A stretch of 61,522 bases of DNA from Seison nebaliae (Eukaryota), in the NCBI GenBank assembly GCA_023231475.1, contig JALJEE010001766.1, forward strand, positions 62,001-123,522, in the 5' to 3' direction. The position numbers and the translations under genes are program-made. Positions 27,077 to 44,256 of the stretch are shown piece by piece; position 1 is the stretch's first letter; each line of letters starts with the position of its first letter. Below the pieces are notes generated by a model. It did no database searches, was not told the DNA's origin, and worked only from the letters and a program-made list of their open reading frames with translations.

Positions 27077-30000
27077 TTATCTTGATAAAGAGATTGAGGC
27101 AAACACTTTCTCCGCATCGTACAATTTAGCCAAATGGAGAGCGTCCATTATCGTTTTTCGAATGTCAACTGATTCGGACGTGGTATTCAGCCAAATAATG
27201 ACAGATCTTATCAGACAATTCTTTATAATATTTTTCGTTCGATGACAATCTCTTGTTGAAGCGATCGTTGATGGATAGGAGTGTAAGCAGTTGAAGGATC
27301 GGACTAAATTTAATCGGATAGATTTCCGTTTCCATTTCTTCCGACTCTTTAATCGGAAACTGATAGTCTTTGACTTCTTTTTCTCACCGATCGATTTATT
27401 GTCGATCGATAATGAAGATGGAAATTTCACGTCAAGAATATTATTTTGAAATAAATATTCCGATCTGTATATTTGCTGCACATACAATGCATCAAAAAGG
27501 AAGATGTTTATACAAAGAAATTGCCATTCACTTAAGGAGATTAATGGTGCAATTGCTTCCAAACCATTCATGATACTTTGATGACTATAATCTTTTTTCT
27601 TCATTTGACACTGACCTTGAAGACACCAGTATGTGTCGAAACATGTCACCATCATCGACGACATGAGTTGTCGTTGTGTCGCAGTTTTGTCTTGGGGATC
27701 GAAAATTGCAGCCAATTTCAAATGGTTTGTCAATGAATCATGTACCGTTCTCAAATCATTCATATTCATTCCACTGATCATTGAATAATGGAAATTTGAA
27801 TATGTTTCTTTTTTATTCTCATGAAGTTGATTGATGATGGAAGAGTTCCTTCCTGATAGTACATCATTCAATGTATTGATTTCAATGGCAATATTATCAT
27901 CATCTGTGTCATCAACATCGTCGTTAATTTTAGTTGGTAAAATACTTCCATTAATTTTCGATGAAGATTTTTCGAAAAATTTATAGAAATTTTTCTTCTT
28001 TCCTTTGCCCCTTGGAACGGTTTCGGATATAGAAAAGAACTGTTTCAATCCATTCGCGTCTTCGAACAGATCTTGAGATGAATTCTTCTTGATCACTTTC
28101 CCGATATTGGGAAACGATTTTATATCGATATCATTTTGAACGATTAATTCATTGAAACGGAATGAAAATTTATCAAGAATTGTAAAAATTGTATTTAGAC
28201 GATTATTATACAGTAGATAAATGTAGAGATCGATTGTTAGGAAATTTTGATGATGTGCTCTCTCTAAGAAACTCAATCGATGCAGAAATGTAAATAATTG
28301 TTTGTTCTTCCAACCGGAAATGACGGTGTTTGCATATCTCCATTTTTCGCGAATTGAAGAAATTTCTCGACGTTTTTTTGTCGCCATTCGTTGACGAATA
28401 TCTTGAATGACATGAGGTATAATTGGAGTGGTATCATCAGAATTCGTTTCAGTAAATTCCTGGTGATTGGTAGTGGAAGGAAAACTTATTTCGTTCACGA
28501 TTTTTTGTAGAATTAAATTGATAATTTGAATGTTGTTAAATTTGACAGCTGTACAGAAAATATTATCGTCATCCTTATTTTTGATTTCGAATAAATTGAA
28601 CGGAGTATACAATTGGTCATCTTCACGAAATGATAAATATGAGTAGATATTTGACATTTGTTTAATGACGGAATTATAATTGGAAATTATGGAATTTTTC
28701 AAAATTAATTCCTTTCGATTTAAAACCATACTATTCTCCGTCGTTTGGGACATGTCAGTAGAGGAGAACATATGAAAAATTTTCTGAATTGCTTCTTTCT
28801 TCAAATGTGGATTGTTCTTATCTTTACACAATAAATGTAACGGCGTGTTACCAGTCAGATCTTGTAATCGACAATTTCCATAAAAGTTTAATAATTTTTC
28901 AATAATTTCTTCATTCCGTTTTGACGAGAAGATGGCGTAATGTAACGATGTCCGTCTGGTTAGAGAATGTTGTTTATTAATAATTTGTTGGAAGAACATT
29001 CTTCTAAAAATATTTTTCGTTTTCTCATTCTTCGACAGATACAACGAACTAGTTTCCGTCGTTTTCTTCGAAACATTTAAATTTGATCGAATTATATTTC
29101 GATTTGAACTTATTGAATTGTTACGACTCAATACTAATCGATTATCGTTATGTGGAATGTCTAAACGATTATTTGACATTTCATTCTCATTCGTTATGAA
29201 CTCATAAATTAAATCATACAACGTTTCCATCACTTTCTCCATCTCATTGAGGAGAACTGAAACTATTTCGAATGATCCAGATTGACAAGCAACTTGAAGA
29301 AATGACAATCCTTCATCATTCATCGTATCGAATGGAATGAAATTTTCACTATTCTTATCCAGAAAATTCACGTAATTTTGAAGTAATAAACGGAAATCTT
29401 CAATGGAATTATTTACGCAACATTTAAACATTTGTTCCTTGATCTCTCCTACATTCTTCCATGATGGCATTCGGATCTGGTACGAACAATTTCCGTCTTC
29501 CATTTCACATTCAGTTTGTTTCGATGCATAAGATCGGAAAATCGGAATATCATTTATTGCCGATGTACTCGTCTCCAATCGGATGATATTGGCATGACAT
29601 TTATTAGATTGAATACACTTCACGTTGTCGTTAGTTGATGGTGTTGATGAATGATTCGATGTTTTTTCCGGTTTGTCATTCAACGTCAAAATAGAATATT
29701 CTGATTGCTTATCAACATTCTTATCATTCGACGAACTTTCCGATGATTTCTCTAAATTTTTAAACGTTAATTCTGACCATGAACTATTTTGTTTGGTGTA
29801 AATAACTTCAGGTCGTTCTCTCAACAAATCATCGTCAATATCAGTATTGGATGATTGTTGAATTCTGATATTCTTCCTCTTATCAATATCTTCATTCTCT
29901 TCGATGTTAACGAAATGTTCATCAGTCGCATGATATTTGTCGATGAAAACAGAATCGTCATTCTCTTTCCCTTGTCCTAGAGATGTAGTGGTCATTTGAT

Positions 30001-30268
30001 CTATGGAATGATGGGAATTGAATTCTTCATTCGTTTTTTTCTCTTGTTTCGTCGAATGTTTATGGAGTTTCTGCTTATTAACACGCTTGCGTCGTTGTTC
30101 TGTTTCTCCTGAAAATCGTCCGCTATCGCGTGAAGTTGACGTAACACTTTTAACATAACCGTCACTATTCTCTTCAGAATTACTCCATTTATGTCGACGC
30201 CATTCCTGTAGCGACATTAGATATTTGTGAATTTTGTAAGCATGAATGAGTTTGTCTTCATCAATCAT
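27077..30268 (-). CDS. Large ankyrin-repeat protein with possible C-terminal death domain, intronless
   Basis: Ankyrin motifs GLSFLQVACQSGSFEIVSVLL, RRTSLHYAI, GNTPLHLLC. The C-terminal EWQFL..SVIIWLN..TIMDAL..LYD segment resembles a death fold. Confidence 0.7.
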   Translation of the reverse strand: MIDEDKLIHAYKIHKYLMSLQEWRRHKWSNSEENSDGYVKSVTSTSRDSGRFSGETEQRRKRVNKQKLHKHSTKQEKKTNEEFNSHHSIDQMTTTSLGQGKENDDSVFIDKYHATDEHFVNIEENEDIDKRKNIRIQQSSNTDIDDDLLRERPEVIYTKQNSSWSELTFKNLEKSSESSSNDKNVDKQSEYSILTLNDKPEKTSNHSSTPSTNDNVKCIQSNKCHANIIRLETSTSAINDIPIFRSYASKQTECEMEDGNCSYQIRMPSWKNVGEIKEQMFKCCVNNSIEDFRLLLQNYVNFLDKNSENFIPFDTMNDEGLSFLQVACQSGSFEIVSVLLNEMEKVMETLYDLIYEFITNENEMSNNRLDIPHNDNRLVLSRNNSISSNRNIIRSNLNVSKKTTETSSLYLSKNEKTKNIFRRMFFQQIINKQHSLTRRTSLHYAIFSSKRNEEIIEKLLNFYGNCRLQDLTGNTPLHLLCKDKNNPHLKKEAIQKIFHMFSSTDMSQTTENSMVLNRKELILKNSIISNYNSVIKQMSNIYSYLSFREDDQLYTPFNLFEIKNKDDDNIFCTAVKFNNIQIINLILQKIVNEISFPSTTNHQEFTETNSDDTTPIIPHVIQDIRQRMATKKRREISSIREKWRYANTVISGWKNKQLFTFLHRLSFLERAHHQNFLTIDLYIYLLYNNRLNTIFTILDKFSFRFNELIVQNDIDIKSFPNIGKVIKKNSSQDLFEDANGLKQFFSISETVPRGKGKKKNFYKFFEKSSSKINGSILPTKINDDVDDTDDDNIAIEINTLNDVLSGRNSSIINQLHENKKETYSNFHYSMISGMNMNDLRTVHDSLTNHLKLAAIFDPQDKTATQRQLMSSMMVTCFDTYWCLQGQCQMKKKDYSHQSIMNGLEAIAPLISLSEWQFLCINIFLFDALYVQQIYRSEYLFQNNILDVKFPSSLSIDNKSIGEKKKSKTISFRLKSRKKWKRKSIRLNLVRSFNCLHSYPSTIASTRDCHRTKNIIKNCLIRSVIIWLNTTSESVDIRKTIMDALHLAKLYDAEKVFASISLSR

Positions 30269-31583
30269 TCTTTCTTTCTTCTGCTCAATTTCTTTTATTC
30301 ACCAATTAAATTAGATAGAGTTGAAAGATCAATAAAATCTTGTCAAAATACGACGATTTCCCTCGTTAGAAATAAAACTTAATTTGACTGTTACGTAACG
30401 GAAGAGTTTTATTTTCAACTACATAAATTACATTGCTTCCCAATAAACGCTTTAAAAAAAGAAAGAAAGACAGAAGATTATCTTATTTTGATAATAAAAA
30501 TTAGTCGACACATTATGATGTGAATCAGAGTGGGGAAGATAATAAGTGTCGGTGATGTATTATATCAACCAAGGACAATTCCTAAAAAGAAATTAGTCAT
30601 TTCTTAATGTTTCCTATTTATTTGCAAGATTTATTTCAGAGAATTTCTATTAGACGAAAACTGATTTGGTAAACAAAAAATTCGTCAGAAATTTTAATGA
30701 AATTGGAGTTTTTCACTCCTCCTCTCTCTCTTTCTTTGGGGAGTGAATAATGTGGACAAAATACATAAATAATCGAAAGTAATTCACAGAATGGCGAGGG
30801 AATGGCTCATTACTTCAACGAACTTAAATCTTCTACGCCTCCAGATTTTCAGCTGTTTTAATTTAATAATTCTTTCAATTACAACAATCGGATCAATGTT
30901 CATTAAATTCTAATTTGTTCCCGACGTTAAATCATCAACGACATTTGACCATAAATATCTATGAAGGTTATGGGAAATTTTCATTGAGTTACTCCTTTCT
31001 GTCGTAATTTCGTATCATTATTATTATGTAGAATTAAATTATCTTCAACTTCATCAATAAATTTTAATTCTCTTCTACTGTTTTGCCATTTATTTTTACG
31101 AAACACTTTACATAATTATACTCGACATAAAAACAACCTTCAACATGTATAATTTGTTTTGCTATGGGCGACGGAGTTTGGATTGAAACTAATTTGTTTA
31201 ACAAAAAGTCTTCTATAACACGCCAAAACCGTTATGGTGAAATTCTTTGCCATCTAATTACAAATTTACAAGGGCAATTTTCATTTTACAATAGAACTTG
31301 AAGTTTAGTCTAGAAATTCGATTTCGTTTTAATCAAATTTTCAAAAAATTATATTTTTGGAAGTAGAAATAAATAAAATAGAATAATAATCTCTTTTTCG
31401 ACACGATTTCAATAAAACAACATAAAAAAGAAAAAATGGATTAACTGAAATAATTAATGAAGGATCACCCCCTAAAATTTTCTTGAATTAAATATTTCTC
31501 ACCTCTTTTTTCTAGAAAATTGTGAACTTTTCTCTTATGCTATTTTAAATATTTGAATTAACCGTTACATACCCAATACATGT

Positions 31584-32610
31584 TTGTCGATTCAAAAGAT
31601 AGAACTTGTTTCGGTTAAACGAAAATGGAATTTGATTCTGTCTAAAAATGTAGAATTGAAAAAACAATTCTCAATTGTCTCAATGTTGGAGTTATCCGAA
31701 GCAGTGTGCAATATCAATCACAAGATTATCGATAACATGTCAGAACAAAATCGTTTGACCAAAATGGTTAAATCGTAGTTGTATAATCGATCCAGAATAG
31801 GCATCTTTTCCCATTAGAAAGTTATCAAAAAAGAAATTTAAGAATGCTTTAACGGATATCCCCCATTAGGAAAGCTGAACAGTAAAAGTATCTCCAGAAA
31901 TAATTCGAAGAAATTCAGGTTTCTTATGAAGAAAAGTTGTGTTATTTCATCTAATATCGATATCGGAGAGTTTAGACGTTTCTTTGAATCTACTATGTTC
32001 GATTCTAAATTGATTCATTCTCTTATTGATATTACCAAATCGTTTCTTCCTCTTTTATTTCTGACCGGTTACTGAAATACATATCGCAATATCAGGTATG
32101 AATCAGGTATAAGGCACATTGAGATGATGATGTATTTTTGTCTATGTAGAATCTCTAATCTAAGAAAATGTTCAGTGACTTGTGAGTCTTTTAGTTGATT
32201 ATATCAATGAAATTCTTTTCGGCAAAGTGAATTTTACTTATTTGAGAATCTTTTCAATAACTCCTATCTACTAGGGCCATGGAAAATCCATTTCTGGGGT
32301 ATCTTTTTTAGACATATTTCCTTTGCAAAAGGACTAATTAAGATTATTAAGGACAAATTTATTAAGAATTGTTACATAATAGTTTTCTCCTATTGCAGAG
32401 AGAGACCATCTTATTAAATTCTTCATTTCGACATGTCGAGTCTCAGATAGGAAGTTTCTCTTCTCTTTTTTGGACACTTCCAAAGACTTTGACCAGATTT
32501 CGATGGATCATGGTGTAATAATATTACGTAAATCTGGAATGCATGAGCATTCTCTACGTTTCATATGTGAAATTTTTACCAATACTTATGGTGTTATTCA
32601 GCATTAAGGG
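31584..32610 (+). mobile_element. Decayed non-LTR retrotransposon (LINE) reverse-transcriptase fragment
   Basis: Interrupted frames give NSKKFRFLMK, ITPIY*GHGK and FLDTSKDFDQISMDHGVIILRKSGM..LRFICEIFTNT (LINE RT FLD.SKAFD motif), with many stops. Confidence 0.7.
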
Positions 32611-35600
32611 GATTTGATTTAAAAAAAAAAATAAATTAAAAACCAACTTTTCTATACGATTTCAAAAGACAGTATAAAAAAATAAGAAATTTATTAAATA
32701 TCGAATTAAGGAATTATTTCACCGCTTAAAAATTTTCTTCTCCTCTTGTTTGAAAATTATAAGAACGCAGTTTTTTCTTTTACTGTTTTAAATATTTGAA
32801 TTAACTGGTTCATTTAAAAAGCAATCTTTCAGGATTCCCAATCAATTTATTTATACCCAATACAAACGATGCTTAGAATTTCGGAAATTTTCTTTAATCA
32901 AAGATAAGATAATAATATTATATAAAATTTAACATTGGATGATAATATATTATTATTATTATTATTTATCATCAATACACCATGTTAGAGTTGTGAAATA
33001 ATTCTGATAACCTAAATATTCGGATAATTAAATTTTAGGACAATTGTGTGAATGAATTTTCATTTTTAATTCTCCCATTAATAGATGAAGCACTTAAGAT
33101 AGTTATATGGAATCGATCCATCAATGTCATAAATTGTGATTTATCGTTACCTTAATCGGTATGGATCATTTATGTTGATAACTGACAAAATTACAAAACA
33201 AATAAGTCGAATTGTCTAATAAAATTGTATTTGAATTTATCATGAAAATTAAATTTTTCTTTCCAAATTTTGTTGATAATTTGCCTTATGGATTTTCATA
33301 CAAAAATTAGAAGTGCACAAGGAGGAATAGTTGGATAATTAATAGTTTGAAATGGGTTTTAAATGGGTATGTCAATTCCAATGAACTTTAAAAGATTGAA
33401 TGTAGGTATATAGTGGATGGTTCGTAAAGAAGCTATCTGTTTAAGGAGGCTAAATATAGATAAAATATTGTGTTCCTACTGAAAGAAAAAAAAGAGTGTT
33501 GTCTAAACAATTGGAAGGAGGAGAATTGGTGAAAATTACTTGCCACCGACTCCACATTCATTAATGAGGAGACTAAGGAGAGCAACCAAGGATCATCGAT
33601 AATGCACAATTCGATTTTTGTTGAAAGCGCATGAATAACTTGTAAAATTGGACGGAATGGACGAAATATCTTCAACTTGCTAATGAGAAGGAGAATTGTG
33701 ATTGTTAAATATAACTTGCTTCTCTGTCATCTATAGACGCGAACACCCGAACGATATTATGACAATGATATTTGTTAACGGAAATTTCGGAAGTTGTAAT
33801 AATCGGAAAGGAATAAGTGCCTACATATCGATGTATTTTGTGTTTATGGTGGAGAGGTTGGTGAAACAAAAGAAGAGAAGGGAGCAGATTGTTGAATTTA
33901 TGATTCTTAATGGGAGGAATATGCAAATAGAACAACCTTTCAAAACTTGTTACTAGATCAACAATTTTCACTGTCTGCGCTGGAATATGAATGATTATTT
34001 AATAGATTAACGAATATAACAAATGTTACTCATAGTTTCTTCTGATTGCTACTTGAACTAGTGTTAATGAACATTTGCTTTCCTCTTTTCTCCCCCTACT
34101 AACAGTTACAGATAATAATAATATAAGATAATGTTAAAGTTCAGTTGAATGAAATTGTCGATCACTTCCGTTTCCATCATACCAAAACGGACGTCATCAA
34201 TTTTGCATTTTCTTTTCTCTTACGAAAAATCAATACATGCCATTCTCTACGTATCTATTCGCCGTTTCATTACGTTATGGCAGAAGACAAAAGTTTAAGA
34301 GAATATCTTTATATGTGTGCATGTGTGTGTGTGTGTATACATGTGTTCGTGGGGATTTTTTTAGTGTAAAAATTGAGGGTTAGGAAGACTTACATCGTGG
34401 GTTAACATGTAGACCGAATATGAATTGGGGTGGAAACTAAATCGACCAGTATATTCTCTATCAATCTCAAAAAACTTATGGAAAATCATTATGATGATGA
34501 TTAATAATTGGTTTGATTCATGTATATTATTCTTATAATTCTTATCATTGTTGTTGTTGTTATTGTTGGACGATGTTGATGATAGTACAGTTGTTAATGT
34601 GTATATGAAAATAAATTATACAGTTTTTCCGATCTGATTCCAGATGTTATATGCTCACGAATCTGCATGATTATTTGAATGAGTCGTAAAGAACTAGATC
34701 AGGAACGTTCCTGAATATGTACGTATATATGTTTTGGGATATATCAATGAGATGGTCGTCTAAATTAAATGGGAAAATAATCTATCATAAATATTAGGCA
34801 ATGATGCTGATGAGCGCATGTAATTGAATTACTTAAAATGATTTCCTAATAACGACCATATGGCCAAATTTCTTATGGGAATGATGATTCTTTTATCTTA
34901 CTTTTCTGATTTAAAATTTATAACCATCGATATTATCATGTCTTCCACTCATCATATCAATTCAATCTAATTTAATTCAATTGAGAAATTTAATTATATT
35001 GATATCATTTTTGAAAATTCCAAAAATGTTTTGTATTTTAAAATAAAATAATTTTTTTATGTTTTTCAATGGAATCTTCCACATTTTAATTTGATTGGAA
35101 TGTCTTCATCGTTCTTTCTTCCATTAAATTTTTTTTCTCATCAAAACATCATCCCATCCATGAAACAATATCAATAATTACTGATATGTATGTAACGTTC
35201 CCGAATTGTCAAATGTGATATTTGGAGGAGAAACTATTTTTAAAGGAATTCATATTGGTGAGGTGGAATCAGTTTCTTGGAAAATTGACAATTGAGAATT
35301 GAGGATAATTAATTTGGAAGAAGAAATTGAATGGACAGAAGGAAATAGATGTGTCAATTCGTAAAATTGGGTATTTTTGGGGGTCTGTAAATTTGGCAGA
35401 TACGAATAAAGATTAAGATTAGTGAGATAAATAAAGATGTTAGAACAATAGAAATGAATTAGAAAATTGCACTATCGTTTTGAAGATGAATTTTTGGTAG
35501 GAATCGAAGTCGGATGACGGAGAATCATGAATTGAATTGGGAAAAATACACGTTTTGGATAATTCTTCTTTTATTCTTTTCCTTTTTCATTCAATATTCT

Positions 35601-36158
35601 GATTGCGTAATGAGATCAATTATGTTTTATTATGCTTCCGTGTTATACTTCGCACTTCATTTTTTCCTTTCTTGCTTACTGATGAGCATGCTTGCAATCT
35701 TCCAAGTCGCTTTGCTATTTGCTTCACTCATATTGTCTTCGGCAAAATTCTATTCGGTTATTCCTCATCATGTTGACACGATGAAAATGTGAATTCTAAT
35801 CAAATATATTATCATCCACAATCATTTTATCCATTGATTGTTTCGATTAAATCTCTCTCAAACTTTAGGAGAGACATTTCGATTATAATCAGACGAGGAA
35901 TTATTCTTACAAATAATATAATTAAATGGAAGTAATAGAATTTGGTCTTTGAGGACAGAAGATGATTTTCCAATTGCGTCCTACACGTATCAGATATATA
36001 TACATATCGTTCAATTTAAAGGGGAAAATAGTCGATTGAACAGAAAGGACTAATGAAAGAATTAGAAGATGTCCTCTATCTCCCCAGTACTTCCGCGAAT
36101 TCTCCTCTCATATATTCCATTTGTGCTTGAATATAAAACTACTTTTCATATATTTCCA

Positions 36159-36203
36159 CTTACTACCATCACCACCACTACCACCACTACCACTACTACT
36201 ATT
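36159..36203. repeat. (ACC/ACT)n trinucleotide microsatellite
   Basis: cactaccaccactaccactactact-type tandem run. Confidence 0.8.
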
Positions 36204-38355
36204 ACCCATTACTGATATTTTCCCCCTATGTTACGATCGGTCCGTCTAATCACTACGTGTATGATTTTTTGTATGTGCATCTTTTTTACGTGTGCTGAAG
36301 TATTATCATTTAATAATTTTGATAATATTATTAATCTTTATGGACAGCACACTACTGTTCTCAACTACAAATTGCAATATCTATTATTTGAGTTCCATAA
36401 CGATTTTTCTATTAAAATAATGAATTTCGTTATACCTCCGCATATGTTATCACCTACTTCCAATATTAAATTTTTATTTGAATTTCAACAATTTCTTCAA
36501 TTCCTTACATCTATCATCAAGACAACAGTTATCGCTGTCATCCGTAATAACAGATTAGTTATCCATCTCGTCCATACACTTCTCCTTCAAACTTCCTCCA
36601 ATAATTAATTGGCTGAAAATGGAAAAAAGGAATTCTCCTCGAATATATGATAAATCGATTTAAATGAACATTTTCCTCACCGAATTGTTCATGATGACGA
36701 CTAATCTAGCAGATGATGGGAAACCAACTAACGAATAAATAACTGTAAGTTTAAAAAAAATTGAATCTACTTATTTAATTGTTTGTCGAGACGATATATT
36801 TTGAAGTTTTTTTTTATATCGCTCCAACTCAAGTAGGCAACAGAAGAAGATTAGAATTAATGTGAGAATTTTATATTCTTTCTTTTATTATTCACAAATG
36901 GATTACATTGCCAAAGGTTATTTAAATAACAAAGTAGAAATTTATCTACTTATTTCCTCTACTATTTTTTGCATAACTAAATTGTATTCAATGTAATTCA
37001 TTACATCATCATCACCATCATCATCATCAACATCATCAGTTTCGTCTTCAATTTATTTGATGTGCATTTCTTTTCCATATACATCAAATTTTATTCATTA
37101 TTATATCGTTTGATTTTCAAGTGGAAGCAGTTGGTAAAAACGAAAAGAAAAGCAATCGAACTAATCGGTTGACCTTTTCATTTGAGAGAGGATGTGCAAT
37201 TCTCATTCATTCCATTATCTTATTTCGGTTCTGCGAAGAATTCTCTCCTTAATTCAATATGTCATATTTTCATTATTCATTCCCTAATAAATTGAATGTT
37301 GACGATATTCAATGAATCATTCGAGATAGATAAAAGAGATAAACTTCTATTGGATATTCGAATAATTGTCGAATAAAATGATGATAATTATCGATAGTTC
37401 AGATTCCCGATAATTCCACTTACCATCATTGTTAGTGAATGATGGTAAGTTTCGTGCTGAGTAATTTCCAATCAATATTTAGACAATTGTGAAATTGATG
37501 AATTTCCTTATTTCCAAACGAATTGTCCTAACCTGATAGTAGAGTTATTGATTAGAATTGGTAATATGCAAGTAACAACGTCGTTCATTATGGAATCGAT
37601 GGAAAAAGAGGAGTAATTCTTGCTTAATTGCATGAATGATCGACTAACAAGTAAATCGGATAACTTGATTAGTGAAGAGTTACCACATTTTTCTATCTCT
37701 TGAAAACCATTAAGACTTGGGAATAATGGAAAGTGCAAGTAGTGTTATATATAGTTTTCTCATATTCTGATTCATTTCCAAGCATATGAGCACAATTCTT
37801 AATGGTTCTAATCGTGTATGGTATGCGTTTTATAGTAAGTCTAATAATTGCCAACTTATTTATTATTTTCTCATCGTGTCTACATTCCCGCATAAACAAC
37901 GACATATCACTTGTATGACTTGCATAATATTAATGTAATAAATTAATAATAATTTTTTCTTCATAAATCTTTCCTTTTGTCGATTATTCGATAGTAAGTA
38001 CAATTCTGGCACAACAACAGAAAAATATGACAAACAATTCATGAATGTTCTATGTACTGTTAAAATGAATTTTCTTCTTCGTGCACATTTGTTCGTGGGA
38101 AGATTTCGACTAAAAAGAAGATTCTTTCTCAATATCTTTCTTTTAAGAGAGAAAACAGAAGAATAGTTTTTTAAGTATCCTTCTTAACGGATGTCGATAT
38201 GGAATTAATCTATTTCATTGTTTTGTCATTTTTGAGAAAGTTGATGAAACTATTCCTCTTTTTCTCGTCTCTCCCCTCAGACTTCATGAGAATATTATCC
38301 ATGATTTCCGCTTCGAGCAAATTGGAGAAATATTAATCGTATTCGATGAGATAAT

Positions 38356-42752
<4,397 letters not shown>

Positions 42753-43087
42753 ATTTTTTATTTTTTCGATAAAATTTTTTAATTTTATGTAAATTTTTTA
42801 TAAAATTCTCTACAACTTTTCCTTCCTCCTTTCCTTCAAATTTGTTGATATAAAATTTTCTTATTCACACAATAATTAACATGTAGCTACTAGAAGACGA
42901 ATGGTTCTGATATGTAGAAATATTTCACAGTTTCCATCATCTTCTGCTGACATCGACATAAAACATCACTCCAGTCTTTGTAGAAAATTGAATAGAACAA
43001 TTGTTATTAATTTTAAATAAATTTTTTCTTCTAGAAAAAATCTAAATTGAAGCTCCACCAAACACTTATCGTTACACGTCGAACAAA

Positions 43088-44256
43088 ATGAAATTTATAG
43101 TTCTATTGTTGTTAATTGGTCTTTGTGGCAGCATTCTTTGCGATTGTCCATGTGGCAAGAAAGACAAAGATTGTTCTTGCAAAGATAAGAAACCATCGGA
43201 TGAATGTAAGGACAAGAAAGATTGTGCCAATATAAAAAAAGACGAAAATTTTCCTTGTGACAAAGACTGTCCGTGCAAAGATAAGAAATGTTCGTGTAAA
43301 GATAAAGAATGTCCATGCAAAGACAATGAATGTCCCTGCAAAGATAAGAAATGTCCATGCAAAGATAAGAAATGTCCATGCAAAGATAAAGAATGTCCAT
43401 GCAAAGATAAAGAATGTCCATGCAAAGATAAAGAATGTCCATTTAAGCAGCAATTAACTTGCTCTAATTGTCAAAAAGCTTTCGGTTATTATAAATTTTT
43501 CCTATTTTCTAATTAATTGATTTCTAATTAGTTCAGAAATCGGCACCGGATTTTAAGGCGACCGCTGTAATCGGTAATGAATTCAAAGATATTCAATTAT
43601 CAGATTATTTCGGAAAATATATTGTCCTATTCTTCTATCCATTAGACTTGTTCGACATTTTCTTCCTATTAATTAATTTTATCATCTAATTTTTTAGCAC
43701 ATTCGTTTGTCCAACAGAAATCATTGCATTTAATGATCATGTGGAAGAATTCGAAAAGATTAATACTCAACTATTGGCTGTATCAGTAGATTCTCATTTT
43801 TCACATCTCACATGGTTTCGAATTTATTTGATGGAAGTTAATGAAAAGAATTCCTTTTAGGACGTCTGTTCCCAGATCGAAGGGAGGTTTGGGTCCAATG
43901 AAAATCCCATTGATCAGTGACCTCACTCATCAAATTTCCAAGAATTATGGTGTTTATTTAGAAGAGGCTGGTCATTCTCTAAGGTTTCATTTTTTTATTT
44001 GAAATCATTTTCATCATTTTTTAGAGGATTATTTATCATCGATCCAAAAGGAATTATTCGTCAAATCACCATCAATGATTTACCAGTTGGACGGTCGGTC
44101 GATGAAACTAAACGACTAGTACAAGCATTCCAGTTTACTGATGAGAATGGTGAAGTTTGTCCAATCGATTGGAATCCAGGAAAGGATACAATTATTCCAT
44201 CACCGGAATTAAAACTAAAATATTTTGAGAAGCATGGACAAAAGAAGGAATTATAA
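43088..44256 (+). CDS. PRDX4: ER/secretory typical 2-Cys peroxiredoxin (PRDX4-type) with an N-terminal Cys-rich repeat extension, 5 exons
   Basis: Exons 43088-43484, 43532-43649, 43698-43814, 43861-43983 and 44025-44256 give signal peptide + Cys-rich region + FYPLDFTFVCPTE, GGLG, EVCP and C-terminal KKEL. Confidence 0.92.
43268..43441 (+). repeat. Coding 21-bp minisatellite, 8 full units encoding C[PS]CKD[KN][EK]
   Basis: Consensus tgtccatgcaaagataa(a/g)(g/a)aa repeated in tandem. Confidence 0.95.

Noticed and set aside
30390..30399. Palindrome gttacgtaac (PAR-bZIP D-box-like) upstream of the ankyrin gene
   Set aside because: A single short motif with no corroboration.
34699..34716. 16-bp palindrome tcaggaacgttcctga overlapping a three-unit HSE
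   Set aside because: It is several kb from any start codon and could be chance; no supporting context.
32900..38200. Short ORFs in the long spacer upstream of TRPC
   Set aside because: AT-biased compositions, no motifs and no consistent exon chain; treated as non-coding.
43268..43441. Possible CRISPR-like array
   Set aside because: Direct tandem units without unique spacers, inside a eukaryotic exon.
43072..43457. Antisense and alternative-frame repetitive ORFs ([28 protein letters not shown])
   Set aside because: These are shadows of the stop-free 21-bp repeat. Only the + frame has a signal peptide and splices into the peroxiredoxin.
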